Of a stretch of 64,000 nt of DNA, positions 14,536-27,500 are shown in pieces; the stretch's first letter is position 1, and each line of letters opens with the position of its first letter. The translations under genes were made by a program, and so were the position numbers. Below the pieces are notes generated by a model, which worked only from the letters and a program-made list of their open reading frames with translations, was not told the origin of the DNA and made no database searches. Source of the stretch: the human T2T-CHM13v2.0 reference genome, Homo sapiens; NCBI RefSeq assembly GCF_009914755.1, contig NC_060939.1. One strand, 5' to 3'.

Positions 14536-14561
14536 CACAGTGGTATGGGCATGCCCTCTAG

Positions 14562-15057
14562 CAGTCCCCAACCTTTTTGGCACCAGGGATTGGTTTTGTA
14601 AAAGACAGTTTTTCCACAGACAGCGGAGGGGAGATGGTTTCGGAATTATTCAAGCGTATTACATTTATTGTGCATTTTATTTCTATTATTATTATAACAT
14701 ATAATGAAATACTTACACAACTTGCCATAATGTAGAATCCATGGGTGTCCTGAGCTTGTTCTCCTGCAACTAAACAGTCCCATCTGGAGGTGATGGGAGA
14801 CAGTGACAGATCATCAGGCATTAGATTGTCATAAGGAGCAGGCAACCTAGATACCTCCCACATGCAGTTCACAATAGGGTTCGCCCTCCAATGAGAATCA
14901 AATGCTGCTGCCACTGATCTGACAGAAGGCAGCACTCAGGCAGTAATGAGGATGGGGAGCGGCTGTAAATATAGATGAAGCTTTGCTTGCTCACTGCTCA
15001 CCTCTGGCTGCGCGGCCTGGTTCCTAAGGTCCATGGCCCCAGGGTTGGGGACCCCTG
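14562..15057. mobile_element. MER1A-like hAT-Charlie DNA transposon remnant
   Basis: Terminal inverted repeats cagtccccaacc ... ggttggggacccctg; internal cagatcatcaggcattagatt...cataaggagc typical of MER1. Confidence 0.85.
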
Positions 15058-15817
15058 CTTTAGAATCAGGCTGGCTGCATTCCAGGCCTAGGTCTGCCAC
15101 TCTCTGGCTATGTGACTAAACCTCTTGGTGCTTCAGTCTCTTCATATATGAAATAAGGCCATTAATAATTTCTAATTCATAGTGTTGCTATAAGCAATAA
15201 ATGGATAATATCCATGGGGGGAGAAATAATAGTATCTACTCCTGGGATTGTTGTAAGGACTTAGTATAAAGTGCTTACAACAGTGCCTGACACATAATGC
15301 AATTAAAGTGTTAGCTATTATTATTTCAGGAAGCCCTTCTTCCCATCCACAAGCATATGATCCCCTAGGCAGCCCCAATTCCTTTTCCCAGGATCTGGAG
15401 CCTCGCAGCAAGTGTGGAATTCCCATCCCCATCCCAAGTCAGGGGCTTTATGGGATGCTCATCTGCAAAGCAGGGTTGCTACCTTTCCCATTTTTCAGGA
15501 AGAAAATTGAGACTCAAAAAGAGATTGGACTGGCTCAGAGTCAGAGTCAGAAGCCCAAGCCAAATTAAAACCCTGGTCCTGTACCCCAGCCTGGCCCAAT
15601 GTACTTGCTCCATTTCTGCCTTGTTCTCCAACCTGCCTGTCCCACTCCTCTGAGCTGAAGGGGTGAGGTGGGTATTCATTCTGCCCCAGCTTCTTCCTAG
15701 CTGAATGACCCTGGACAAGTTACCTAAAGTCTTTCAGCCTCAACCGGGATATTTCGGATACTGTCCCATGACTGTGAAATAGGTGTTATTATTGGCCCCA
15801 TTTTATTTTTTAATTAA

Positions 15818-16113
15818 TTTTTTTTTTTTGAGACAGATCCTCACTCTGTTGCCTAGGCTGGAGTGCAATGGCACGAGCTCGGCTCACTGCAACTTCAGCC
15901 TCCCGAGTTCAAGCTGTTCTCGTGCCTCAGCCTCATAAAGTAGCTGGTATTACAGGCACGTGCCACCACGCCCGGCTAATTTTTTTGTATTTTTAATAGA
16001 GACGGGGTTTCCCCATGTCGGCCAGGCTGGTCTCAAACTCCTGACCTCAGGTGATCAACCATTCTCGGCCCCCAAAAGAGCTGGGATTACAGGAATGAGC
16101 CACCGTTCCTGGC
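15818..16113 (-). mobile_element. AluS
   Basis: Poly-T followed by a full antisense Alu. Confidence 0.9.
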
Positions 16114-16259
16114 CTACTGGTCCCATTTGGAACATGAGGAACGGTTAGGACATTCGCACGAGGGCACACAGCTGGAAAGATGCAGGTGAAATGGGTATCT
16201 CCCTAGCAGCCCTCAGTGCGCCCGCACGCTGCAGGTGCACGGTATATGGTCACTATTAT

Positions 16260-18006
16260 TGAGAGGTGACAGCATGCTGGCAGTCCTCAGAGCCCTCGCT
16301 TGCTCTCGGCACCTCCTCTGCCTGGGCTCCCACTTTGGCGGCACTTGTGGAGCCCTTCAGCCCACCACTGCACTGTGGGAGCCCCTTTCTGGGCTGGCCA
16401 AGGCTGGAGCCCACTCCCTCAGCTTGCAGGGAGGTGTGGAGGGAGAGGCGCGAGCGGGAACCGGGGCTGCGTGTGGCGCTTGCGGGCCAGCTGGAGTTCC
16501 AGGTGGGCGTGGGCTTGGCGGGCCCCGCACTCGGAGCAGTCAGCCAGCCCTGCTGGCCCCGGGCAATGAGGGACTTTGCACCCGGGCCAGTGGCTGCGGA
16601 GGGTGTACTGGGTCCCCCAGCAATGCCAGCCCACCGGCGCTGTGCTTGATTTCTCACCGGACCTTAGCTGCCTTCCCGCAGGGCAGGGCTCAGGACCTGC
16701 AGCCCGCCATGCCTGAGCCTCCCATCCACTCCATGGGCTCCTGTGCGGCCCGAGCCTCCCCGACGAGCACTACCCCCTGCTCCACGGTGCCCAGTCCCAT
16801 CAACCACCCAAGGGCTGAGGAATGCGAGCGCATGGTGCAGGACTGGCAGGCAACTCCACCTGCAGCCCTGGTGCAGGATCCACTAGGTGAAGCCAGCTGG
16901 GCTCCTGAGTCTGGTGGGGACGTGGAGAGTCTTTATGTCTAGCTCAGGGATTGTGAATACACCAATCGGCACTCTGTATCTAGCTCAAGGTTTGTAAACA
17001 CACTAATCAGCACCCTGTGTCTAGCTCAGGGTTTGTGAGTGCACCAATTGACACTCTGTATCTAGCTGCTCTGGTGGGGCCCTGGAGAACCTTTATGTCT
17101 AGCTCAGGGATTGTAAATACACCAATTGGCACTCTGTATCTAGCTCAAGGTTTGTAAACACACCAATCAGCACCCTGTGTCTAGCTCAGGGTTTGTGAGT
17201 GCACCAATCAACACTCTGTATCTAGCTGCTCTGGTGGGGCCTTGGAAAACCTTTATGTCTAGCTCAGGGATTGTAAATACACCAATCGGCACTCTGTATC
17301 TAGCTCAAGGTTTGTAAACACACCAATCAGCACCCTGAGTTTAGTTCAAGGTTTGTGAGTGCACCAGTCGACACTCTGTATCTAGCTGCTCTGGTGGGGC
17401 CTTGGAGAACCTGTATGTGGAAACTCTGTATCTAACTAATCTGATGGGGACGTGGAGAACTTTTGTATCTAGCTCAGGGATTGTAAACCCACCAATCAGC
17501 GCCCTGTCAAAACAGGCCACTTGGCTCTACCAATCAGCAGGATGTGAGTGGGGCCAGATAAGAGAATAAACGCAGGCTACCCGAGCCAGCAGTGGCAACC
17601 CGCTCATATCCCCTTCCACACTGTGGACGCTTTATTCTTTTCCTCTTTGCAATAAATCTTGCTGCTGCTCACTCTTTTGGGTCCACACTGCTTTTATGAG
17701 CTGTAACACTCACCGTGAAAGTCTGCAGCTTCACTCCTGAGGCCAGCGAGACCACAAGCCCACTGGGAGGAACGAACAACTCCAGACACGCTGCCTTAAG
17801 AGCTGTAACACTCACAGCGAAGGTCTGCAGCTTCACTCCTGAGCCAGCGAGACCATGAACCCACCAGAAGGAAGAAACTCCAAACACATCTGAACATCAG
17901 AAAGGACAGACTCCAGACACGCTACCTTAAGAGCTGTAACACTCACCTCGAGGGTCCGCGGCTTCATTCTTGAAGTCAGACCAAGAACCCACCAATTCTG
18001 GACCCA
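16260..18006 (+). mobile_element. Solo LTR12C (ERV9/HERV9 LTR), full length
   Basis: Starts tgagaggtgacagc...ctggcagtcctc and ends ccaccaattctggaccca; TG...CA termini; 4-bp TSD ttat at 16256-16259 and 18007-18010; CCAAT tandem repeats in U3; AATAAA at 17651; U5 repeats gagctgtaacactcac. Confidence 0.95.
16931..17410 (+). repeat. Three 160-bp tandem units in LTR12C U3 (CCAAT/NF-Y enhancer array)
   Basis: ctttatgtctagctcagggattgt recurs at 16931, 17091 and 17251; each unit carries three caccaatc-like boxes. Confidence 0.92.
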
Positions 18007-18016
18007 TTATTACCAT
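17947..18016 (-). CDS. RASL12: Candidate alternative first coding exon of RASL12 (MVIMGPELVGSWSDFKNEAADPR + G)
   Basis: aaATGg at 18016, open for 70 nt to consensus donor GAG|GTGAGT (17947/17946). Phase 1 matches RASL12 exon 2. TATA-like element about 120 nt upstream. I recall an annotated RASL12 isoform starting near KBTBD13 but cannot verify it here. Confidence 0.65.
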
Positions 18017-18131
18017 TTCTTCTAAGGATATGAGTGATCACACAGGTCTCCAGATGCCCTCCGGGCCTGCAGCCATACAGCCTGCGGGCCACCACATCAC
18101 ATGAGCCATACTATCTTTAGCCAGGGAGAGA

Positions 18132-18139
18132 TATTTATA
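18132..18139. promoter_or_regulatory. TATA-like element (+ TATTTATA / - TATAAATA) between KBTBD13 and the alternative RASL12 exon
   Basis: gagatatttatagcc, a short AT-rich element about 95 nt upstream of the KBTBD13 ATG. Confidence 0.6.
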
Positions 18140-18140
18140 G

Positions 18141-19650
<1,510 letters not shown>

Positions 19651-21337
19651 CTCCCTGAGCTATGGCTGAGTGTGTGAGGCCGGCCTTAGAAGTAGCTGGC
19701 AACTTCCCTCTTTCTACTGAGACACCCAGGTCTGGTGCCTTCTGGTGGTGTGGACATGTTCAAGAAGCTCAGGGAGCAGTGATGATGCCCTCAAATTACT
19801 TGGGCTCTGCTGAGAGCTGGTGGGTCACAATGTCAGTGAACAGGGTAGGGGGAGTTGGGATTTGAATAATCCGGGCTTATATGTAATGGGCTAGTGATTG
19901 AGCATCGCTGGGAGTGACTTAAATGATGTTAATCAAACTGCAAGTAGTAGGCAAGAATTAGGCACCTACTGTATGCCCAATACAGTGTTATGCGTAATGA
20001 GAGCCGTAGTTGCCACACAGGGATCCAGGAAGCTTAAAGGATAACCCAGAAAACAATCTTAACAGTTACAGGACAACAAAAAGGTTTACACACAACTTGA
20101 TCCACAGAGTTGAAGGCAACATGCAAAAAGATTTAAAACCGCATACAATATAATAAAATAAAGTGCTGAAGAAATCAGGGCAAAGGGAAAATAGGAAGAG
20201 AAAAAATATATAACTCCAGAAAAGAAGAGAGTGTGCAAACTCTATGGAGGAGATGAGCAGGATACCATTAGCTGCTGAAAGGGGAGGCTTAGACCATGGA
20301 GGCTGAGAGCTCAGAAGAGAAGCAGGGTTGGGGAAGGCTGGAGCAGATGGGGAGGGTCTCTGCAAGTCCAGCCATACCAGCAGAGCAGCAGTAGTTGGGG
20401 CATCTAGAGAGGGGATGAGACTGGGCCAGCTTGCAGCAGATAATGACTGAGCTGAGCCTGGAGTGAGACCTGTGGGGGCGAGAGGATTCTTCACGTTCCT
20501 TTTTGGGACCCTTAGGGGAGCACCCAGGTGTAAGCCCTTGCCCACCCTGTTTTTGCCATCACCACGGGGCAGTGGACTGTTAACCCACATGACTTCAGGT
20601 CAGTTGAGGTATGAGCCAAATCCTGCCTCATCTTCCTCAGTTGTAGCCCCTCCTCCACATTCTACAGGTTTGTTCTCTTCCTGTCCTATTCTGCCCTTTG
20701 CAATTCCCTGGGCTGGAATGCCTAGTCTCCTCCTCTCTCCCTGTCAGTGCTCTACCATCCTCTGTGCAGCATTGGCTCACCCAGCTCTTCGTTTTCCTGA
20801 CCTGGGCTGCCTGCATTGCTCATTGGACCCCTGGCTGTAACATCATTGTGTGTGCACAACCACGTGTGTGGATTGTAAGGGCAGAGATCCTGTTAAGTGA
20901 GCTGGGGGACTTCCCTGTCCCAGATTAAAATGATGATGCCTTGAAAGAACCCAGGCTACAGAGGCCACTAGTTAGGAACCTAGTGCTGACCTCTGTTGTT
21001 GGATGAGGACTCTCGTTCCTTCATCAAAATCCCCAGCTCTGGCTTCTGGGCAGATGCCTGTCCCAGCCCTTTCCAGCCTCTCCATGGCCTTGGGAAGACT
21101 TCTCTGGGTGGTTCTCATTGGTCTCCATCCCCCAGGACCTGAGGCCCATGGGGAATCTTGGCCTCGTCAGAAGTGGAGAATGCAGTGTCAGCATGACACC
21201 TCCGGGGCATGGAGGCTCGCGCCAGGGCTGCACCTAGCTGCCTCTTCTCCTGGCCTATGTCCCAACCCTGGAGAATGCTGCCCTCAGAAGCCTGGGACCT
21301 TCCAGCCCTGGAGTAGCCTAGTCTGATAAGTCTCAAC

Positions 21338-21343
21338 AATAAA
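21338..21343 (+). terminator. KBTBD13: Probable KBTBD13 polyadenylation signal
   Basis: AATAAA followed by T/GT-rich sequence (cttttgcatcttgtg), about 1.7 kb after the stop; other AATAAA copies exist near 20152. Confidence 0.55.
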
Positions 21344-21537
21344 CCCTGACTTTTGCATCTTGTGAATTATGTGCAAGGTACTTTCACATCTGACTTCCCC
21401 CTCCCGACCTACCTTGGGCCTGGGAGTTGGGTACCCTCTTCTTGTGGCAGAAACTGACCCACTGGCCCAAAGCCACACAGCATAGCAACAAGAGTTCCTC
21501 ACTTGTAGTTCTATCAAAGTGTAATTCATTCATTCAT

Positions 21538-22138
<601 letters not shown>

Positions 22139-24299
22139 TCAAAGTGTAATTCATATCACACATCAAAGATTTATTTAACTCACCTGTAAGAGAACCAAAA
22201 AGAATGGCAAAGCTGATTGAAAAGAGCATTTGAGAGACAGATTTGTATATTTAGTTGGAAGAGACATACTAAAATAAGTTTGCTAAGTTAGAGACAAAAC
22301 TGGCATATGCCTTACAGGACAAAAGCATAATTTTTTTGGTTCTCTACTGAACAAAAATCCTTTGCATCTTTACATACATGCATGTACATATTTGTGCATA
22401 TGCCTACAAGTTAGCATGTAACTTCACAAAGTCTGGGCTCTAATCTATAGTAAATTGTAAGGCAAAGGTACATTCCCCTTGAAAATTAAATAACTCTTCT
22501 CTGTTCAAAGTGTCCCAAAGTGACATTGAAAGGAAATAATCCTTCTTTTGCCTTACTTCCAAGTTACAGATAACTTTCATAACAGTACAGAGCATTTTCC
22601 TCCTTCCTCCTGACCAGTGCTGAACACCTGAGACTTGCCACATGATAATCCATCAGCTCCTAGTCTCTCTTATCCCACAGCATTGTCTGCACTTGGGGCT
22701 GCTTAGCCCCAGCCTGCTGGCTCCTGGCATTTGGTTGTTCCTCCCTTCATCCAGGGCAGCCCTTTCTGAGATGCCTTTTGTGTGTAATAATAACACAGTG
22801 TTCACAGAGAGCTTTCCCACAGTTGACTTACTTGAGCTTTTGAGAATTTTAAGTGGCAGATAGTTTGGCAACACCCCTACTCCCGCAGCTTAATGGAGGG
22901 AAAAAAGCTCAACGGTCATGTGATTAGAAGAGGCTCGTTAGGTAGTGGCAGAACCTGGCTGTGAACCCAGGGCCACAGGCTTGTCTTCTGTGCTACATGC
23001 CTGCTTGGCCGACATCCTGAGATGGACAGGGTGTTTCCAATGGTCTCCTTAACACTCCCTCCGTTTTGCCTTTCTCTATGTATCCCCACCTCTTTTGGGG
23101 GTTCGTTTGTTCCCTTGGACTCAGCCCTTTCTCTTCCCTCTTCCATAGGAAAGTTAACTAGTTCTCTTCCCTTAGGATAGACCTGGGAGACCAGTAGCCC
23201 CGTTCAGCCCAGGTAATGACTGGTTTAGGCCCTGGGGGATATTTGCACGTTCACTGATACTTCCCTCGTCTCAGGAAGTGTGGGGAAGCTTTGTAACCCA
23301 GCCCACCTTCTCTGTCTAAGGGTTCTCACAGTTAAGGCTTTGTTCCACCCACAGTCAGCATGTGTCACCACTGCCCACCACCCTCAGCAGGGATGGTGAC
23401 TGTGCCTGGGGTGCCTGTGAGGAAACCAGCAGAAAGCCAGAATGGCTGGCTCACCCAGAGTCACACAGGCAGTTAAGTGGAAGAGCAGGGACTTGAACTC
23501 AGGACTTGGGATTCTCAGCCTCTCATTCCCCGGCATCTCGGCTTGACTATTGCATGAAGGTGTGGGGGGCACAAACCAGGTGCAGCTGGGCAAATTACAG
23601 AAACACTTAGGAGTTACTGAGCTCAGAGGGCTGGATTTGAAATCTCTCTGTCCCAGCCCAGAGGTTTACTCTGAGAAGTCCGTCCTTTCTGAGAGGCCTA
23701 CACTCACACAGCTTAAAGCTGCAGGGATCATTTTCCTGAACCTGGTGGCAGCCCTGCAGCCCAACTCTCTGGAGTTCTCTCCAGTCTTCCACAAACGTTC
23801 TCCTTGCCCCTGACTCCAGATGTCCTGCACCCCAAGCCTTCCTCTCCCTGAAATCATCCTATGTGGTTTATATAGCCCGCCTGGCAGAGGCAGAGAAGCT
23901 GCCCCACCCCTGTCCACCAAGGACCTGCTTCCTTGCTGGCTTCCCTTCAGTGTGCTCACAGGGCAGCCAGAGCCATCCTAGTTCAACAAAATGCCAGTCA
24001 GAGCCTGGTGCGCCCCCTCTGAAAGGCAAAGTCCTTTCAGACTCTCCCACCCTGTTTCCTCCCTGACTTCATCTCCTCCCACTCCTCTCTGGCCTCATTG
24101 CTCCTCAGACGCACCAGGCACACTCCGGGCTCAGGGTGTGTGGCTGGTGTCTCTCTGCCTGCGCACTGCCTCAGCCCCACCCCACTTCCTGCAGGTCTTG
24201 GCTCAGATGTCACTTCGATCCTACAGGCTCTCCTAACCTCCCTACTTAAAATCTACCTCCCCCTTCTCTACATGTTCTCCTCCCTTTTCCTGTTTTATT

Positions 24300-24570
24300 T
24301 TTCTGCATAGCTTTTAGCATCATCTTCCATGCTATCTTTTCACTTGTTTGCTGTTGGTTTTCTCCTACTAAAATTTGAGCTCCACGAAGGCAGAGGGTTT
24401 TTTCTGTTTTGTTCACTGCTCTCTCATCAGGACCCAGAAAAATGACTAGAACGTAGTAGGCAGCTTAAGAGATGATTTATTTAGTAGGGACTTAAGAAAT
24501 ATTTGTTGAATGAATGAATGGCACTCAACGGATGTTTGTTGAAAGAATGCATTAATGAATTGATCAGTCA
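24300..24570. mobile_element. L2 3' end fragment
   Basis: gagctccacgaaggcagagg...gttcactgct...aaatatttgttgaatgaatgaatg. Confidence 0.7.
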
Positions 24571-27500
24571 ATCAAGGAAACTCCATAGGAAAGGTACAGA
24601 GAAAGGCTCTCAGATTTCAGAGGACAGGAGTATCATTTCTGGCAGGGCTGTGGCAGGTGGCCAGGGAAGACTTTTCTGTGGAGGTGACGAGCTGTCAAGT
24701 TTGCAGTCCACCTTGGGAAGAGTGGGATCTGAAAAGAGCAGCCGCTCACCGGTCACTTTTCTTTCAAGGGAAGGGAGGAAGCTGGGATTAGAAATGCTAA
24801 TCATCCCTTGAAGAATGGCTCCTCTTGGCGGCGGAATACACACAGGGCTGCTCTGTTTATTTTCCTTTGGCCTCAAGGAGCTGGGGCCTCTTTTTCATCC
24901 TAATTGCTTTGCTTCAAGTTGCTGTCACATCCCAGGAACGGCAGCAAATTAACTGTGCTGGTGGGAGACACAGCTGTCAGAAGACAGGCTGGCCCCAGCA
25001 GGCCAGTAATAGGCATGGGATACAGGACCCCCCTAGAGGAGGTCTTGTCCCAGCAGCGTCCTCTGCAGCCCTCATGATTCTGCCCCAGCTGGACTGGGGA
25101 AGCATGAAAAGAGGGAGCCCTTCTCTCTGGCATTCGAGTAACTAACAAAGGGAAAATGGGCCTTTTGTTGGGCTGCAGGGTCTTGGAGCAGGGTATAAGC
25201 CTCTAGTTCCACCCCTCTCTTCACAGGGAAGGAAAGCCAGGTCGCAGGTTAGGGGAAAGCAACTTTCCTGGAGACAAAGCAATGCAAGTGGACCACCCAA
25301 CCTAAAGCCTGCTTCTCTGGAATCCTCCTCCCATCCTAACATGTTATTTCCTGTGCTGCCTTCCAGGGCACTCATGAAAGAGCTTCCCCATGGTGACCCA
25401 TCATCAGGCTGCCCTCCCTGATTCCAGGCTTCCATCCTTATTTTTTCTAGGAAAGTTCCTCTACACACACACCCCATTCAGCACGCAGATTCAGCAGATG
25501 GAGACAAAGGAGTTAGTCTCTAATGGTATTTGGGCACCTGGGCCCTTCAGATCACACACTCATGCGTACACACACACAATTTTGCCAACTCTATAGGAGG
25601 TCAGAAACCATTCGCCCAACATGCTTCTCTTTCCAGGTAACATATTTTCATTCTAACAGGAGTCTTACAAAAATACGCCTAACTGCAAAGTCCTGATTAG
25701 CAAAGGTAATTTCAGGTGCTCAGAGAGGGAGCTAGCACTGGGTTGCGGTGGAAACGAGGGACTGAGGACTTTGTAGGTGCCACTCTGCAGAGGGACAGTG
25801 CTGCCTGCCTGCCAGCTGATTTTGCAGTCAAATGCTGGCTCTGACAGGGACTTCTGTTTGACCATGGGTAAATTCCTTAAAGTTGCTGAAATGAATGAAG
25901 GTGTCTCAACTCTAACCGGAGATGATAATTCCAGGAGGGTTGTCCTGAGAGTGAAATAAGAGCTTCTAGACCAGCATACGCAATCCTCACCTTCCAAGTT
26001 CCTTGCCCTGGTTCCTCTTCACACTTTCCCCTCCACCCATTATTGACACCATTACTGTTTGGAAGGCACAGTTTTGGTGAATGGACTGTGTTCCAGCAGT
26101 CTGTGCTTATCGCTCATGACACAGCAGGATGGCATCCAGGGGACCTGGGTCCATATTCCAGCTCCACTTGCCAGCTGTGTGATGTTGGGCAAATGGAGAT
26201 GATGATGAGAGACTGTTATAGAGTCTCTGTGCAGATTATGTGAAGTGCCTGTAGTGGGGCCAGAGAAATAGGCTGGAGTCTGAGTGTGAAGAGCCTTGAA
26301 TGCCAGGCTGGAGAACTTGGGCTTTATTCTGTAGGAAGTGGGGAACCACAGTAAGTTTTTGAGGCAGTAAGTGTGACCGACAGAGCTGCTTTTTGTATTC
26401 AGATAGCAAGCCCCTCATCCAGCCCTGGGCTGACGGCTCCTTGTCCCTGCAGATCAGCTTGTCCCTCCAGATCAGCTCCTTTCTCCTGCTCCGCACCCCG
26501 AGAGGTGGTCCTGTCTGGGTGATATCACTGGACTCCCTTGACTGGCTCCCAGTACAGAGCAGCAGCAAAAGGTGGGAAGTGGGGAGGCGTATGGAGTCAG
26601 GGAACTTAGTTCCTGGCTCCCTCCCTGTGGGGTGATCTTGCACTGACCTTTTTCCTTCACTGACTCAAGTCCCCGCCACTGTCAGCTGGTCTTTTCCTTA
26701 CAGCCGTCTGTCTCCAGGCTGAGGTGGCTGCCCCCTTCCCTCCTGCGCAGACGCAGGAGTGGTGAAGCCCCAAGCTCACTAGCCTGGTGCTATCCCTTAG
26801 GGGCCCTCCACCCTTTGTGAACAGCCTCTTTCCTCAACCCTCCTCTAGTGACCTGATTTGAGTGTGCCATCTCTTTCCTGTCAAGACCCTGCTGGACATG
26901 TGCCCTGTCCCCTCTGACCCTCAGCTCTCTGGGCTGTGTTACCAAGTGGCTTGGCTGGGGCACAGTGTACTGGAAAATGCCCATCTCAGTGCCTCTGCCT
27001 GATCACACAGTTATGGGAACCAGAGGAATGTCTTACAGGCAGAGGTGGCGCCTCCGTGACCGGAAGCCAGGGCCTTGCCTCCCAAGGCACTTGAATTTGA
27101 GGGGGAAAAGATTGACCTTTAGAAGCTCTCCGAGGAGTGGCTGGGAATGGAAACAGAACCAGATGGCATGAGCTCCAGAGTGCACAGCTTCTGTCACCCC
27201 CTCCCAAGTGAGGGGCCAGGCAGGCCTGCAGCCCCGGCCTCCACCACCCTGGCTGGACCGGACCATTACAAGATTTATCCAAGGGGTCCTGCAAGGTACA
27301 TAGAGGGAGCCCTGGGGATCCTTGCTTCAGGCCCAGCCCTGCCACCTGTTTGCTGGGTGACATGGGGCTGGTTGCATCACCTTTCTGAGCCCCAGTTTGT
27401 ATCTGTGGTTGAGATGTGTCTGGTGCATACATTTGCTGTGGGGTCAGGTGGGGGAACGTGTGTGCCGGCTCACTGTGAAGGGAGCCAGTGTAGTGGCAGG

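Noticed and set aside
16235-16942. 235-aa ORF and neighbouring ORFs
   Set aside because: Lie almost entirely within the GC-rich LTR12C U3; repeat-derived, with no gag/pol/env similarity.
16931-17500. Regularly spaced repeats superficially resembling a CRISPR array
   Set aside because: The intervening sequences are themselves repeated, the context is a mammalian LTR, and there are no cas genes.
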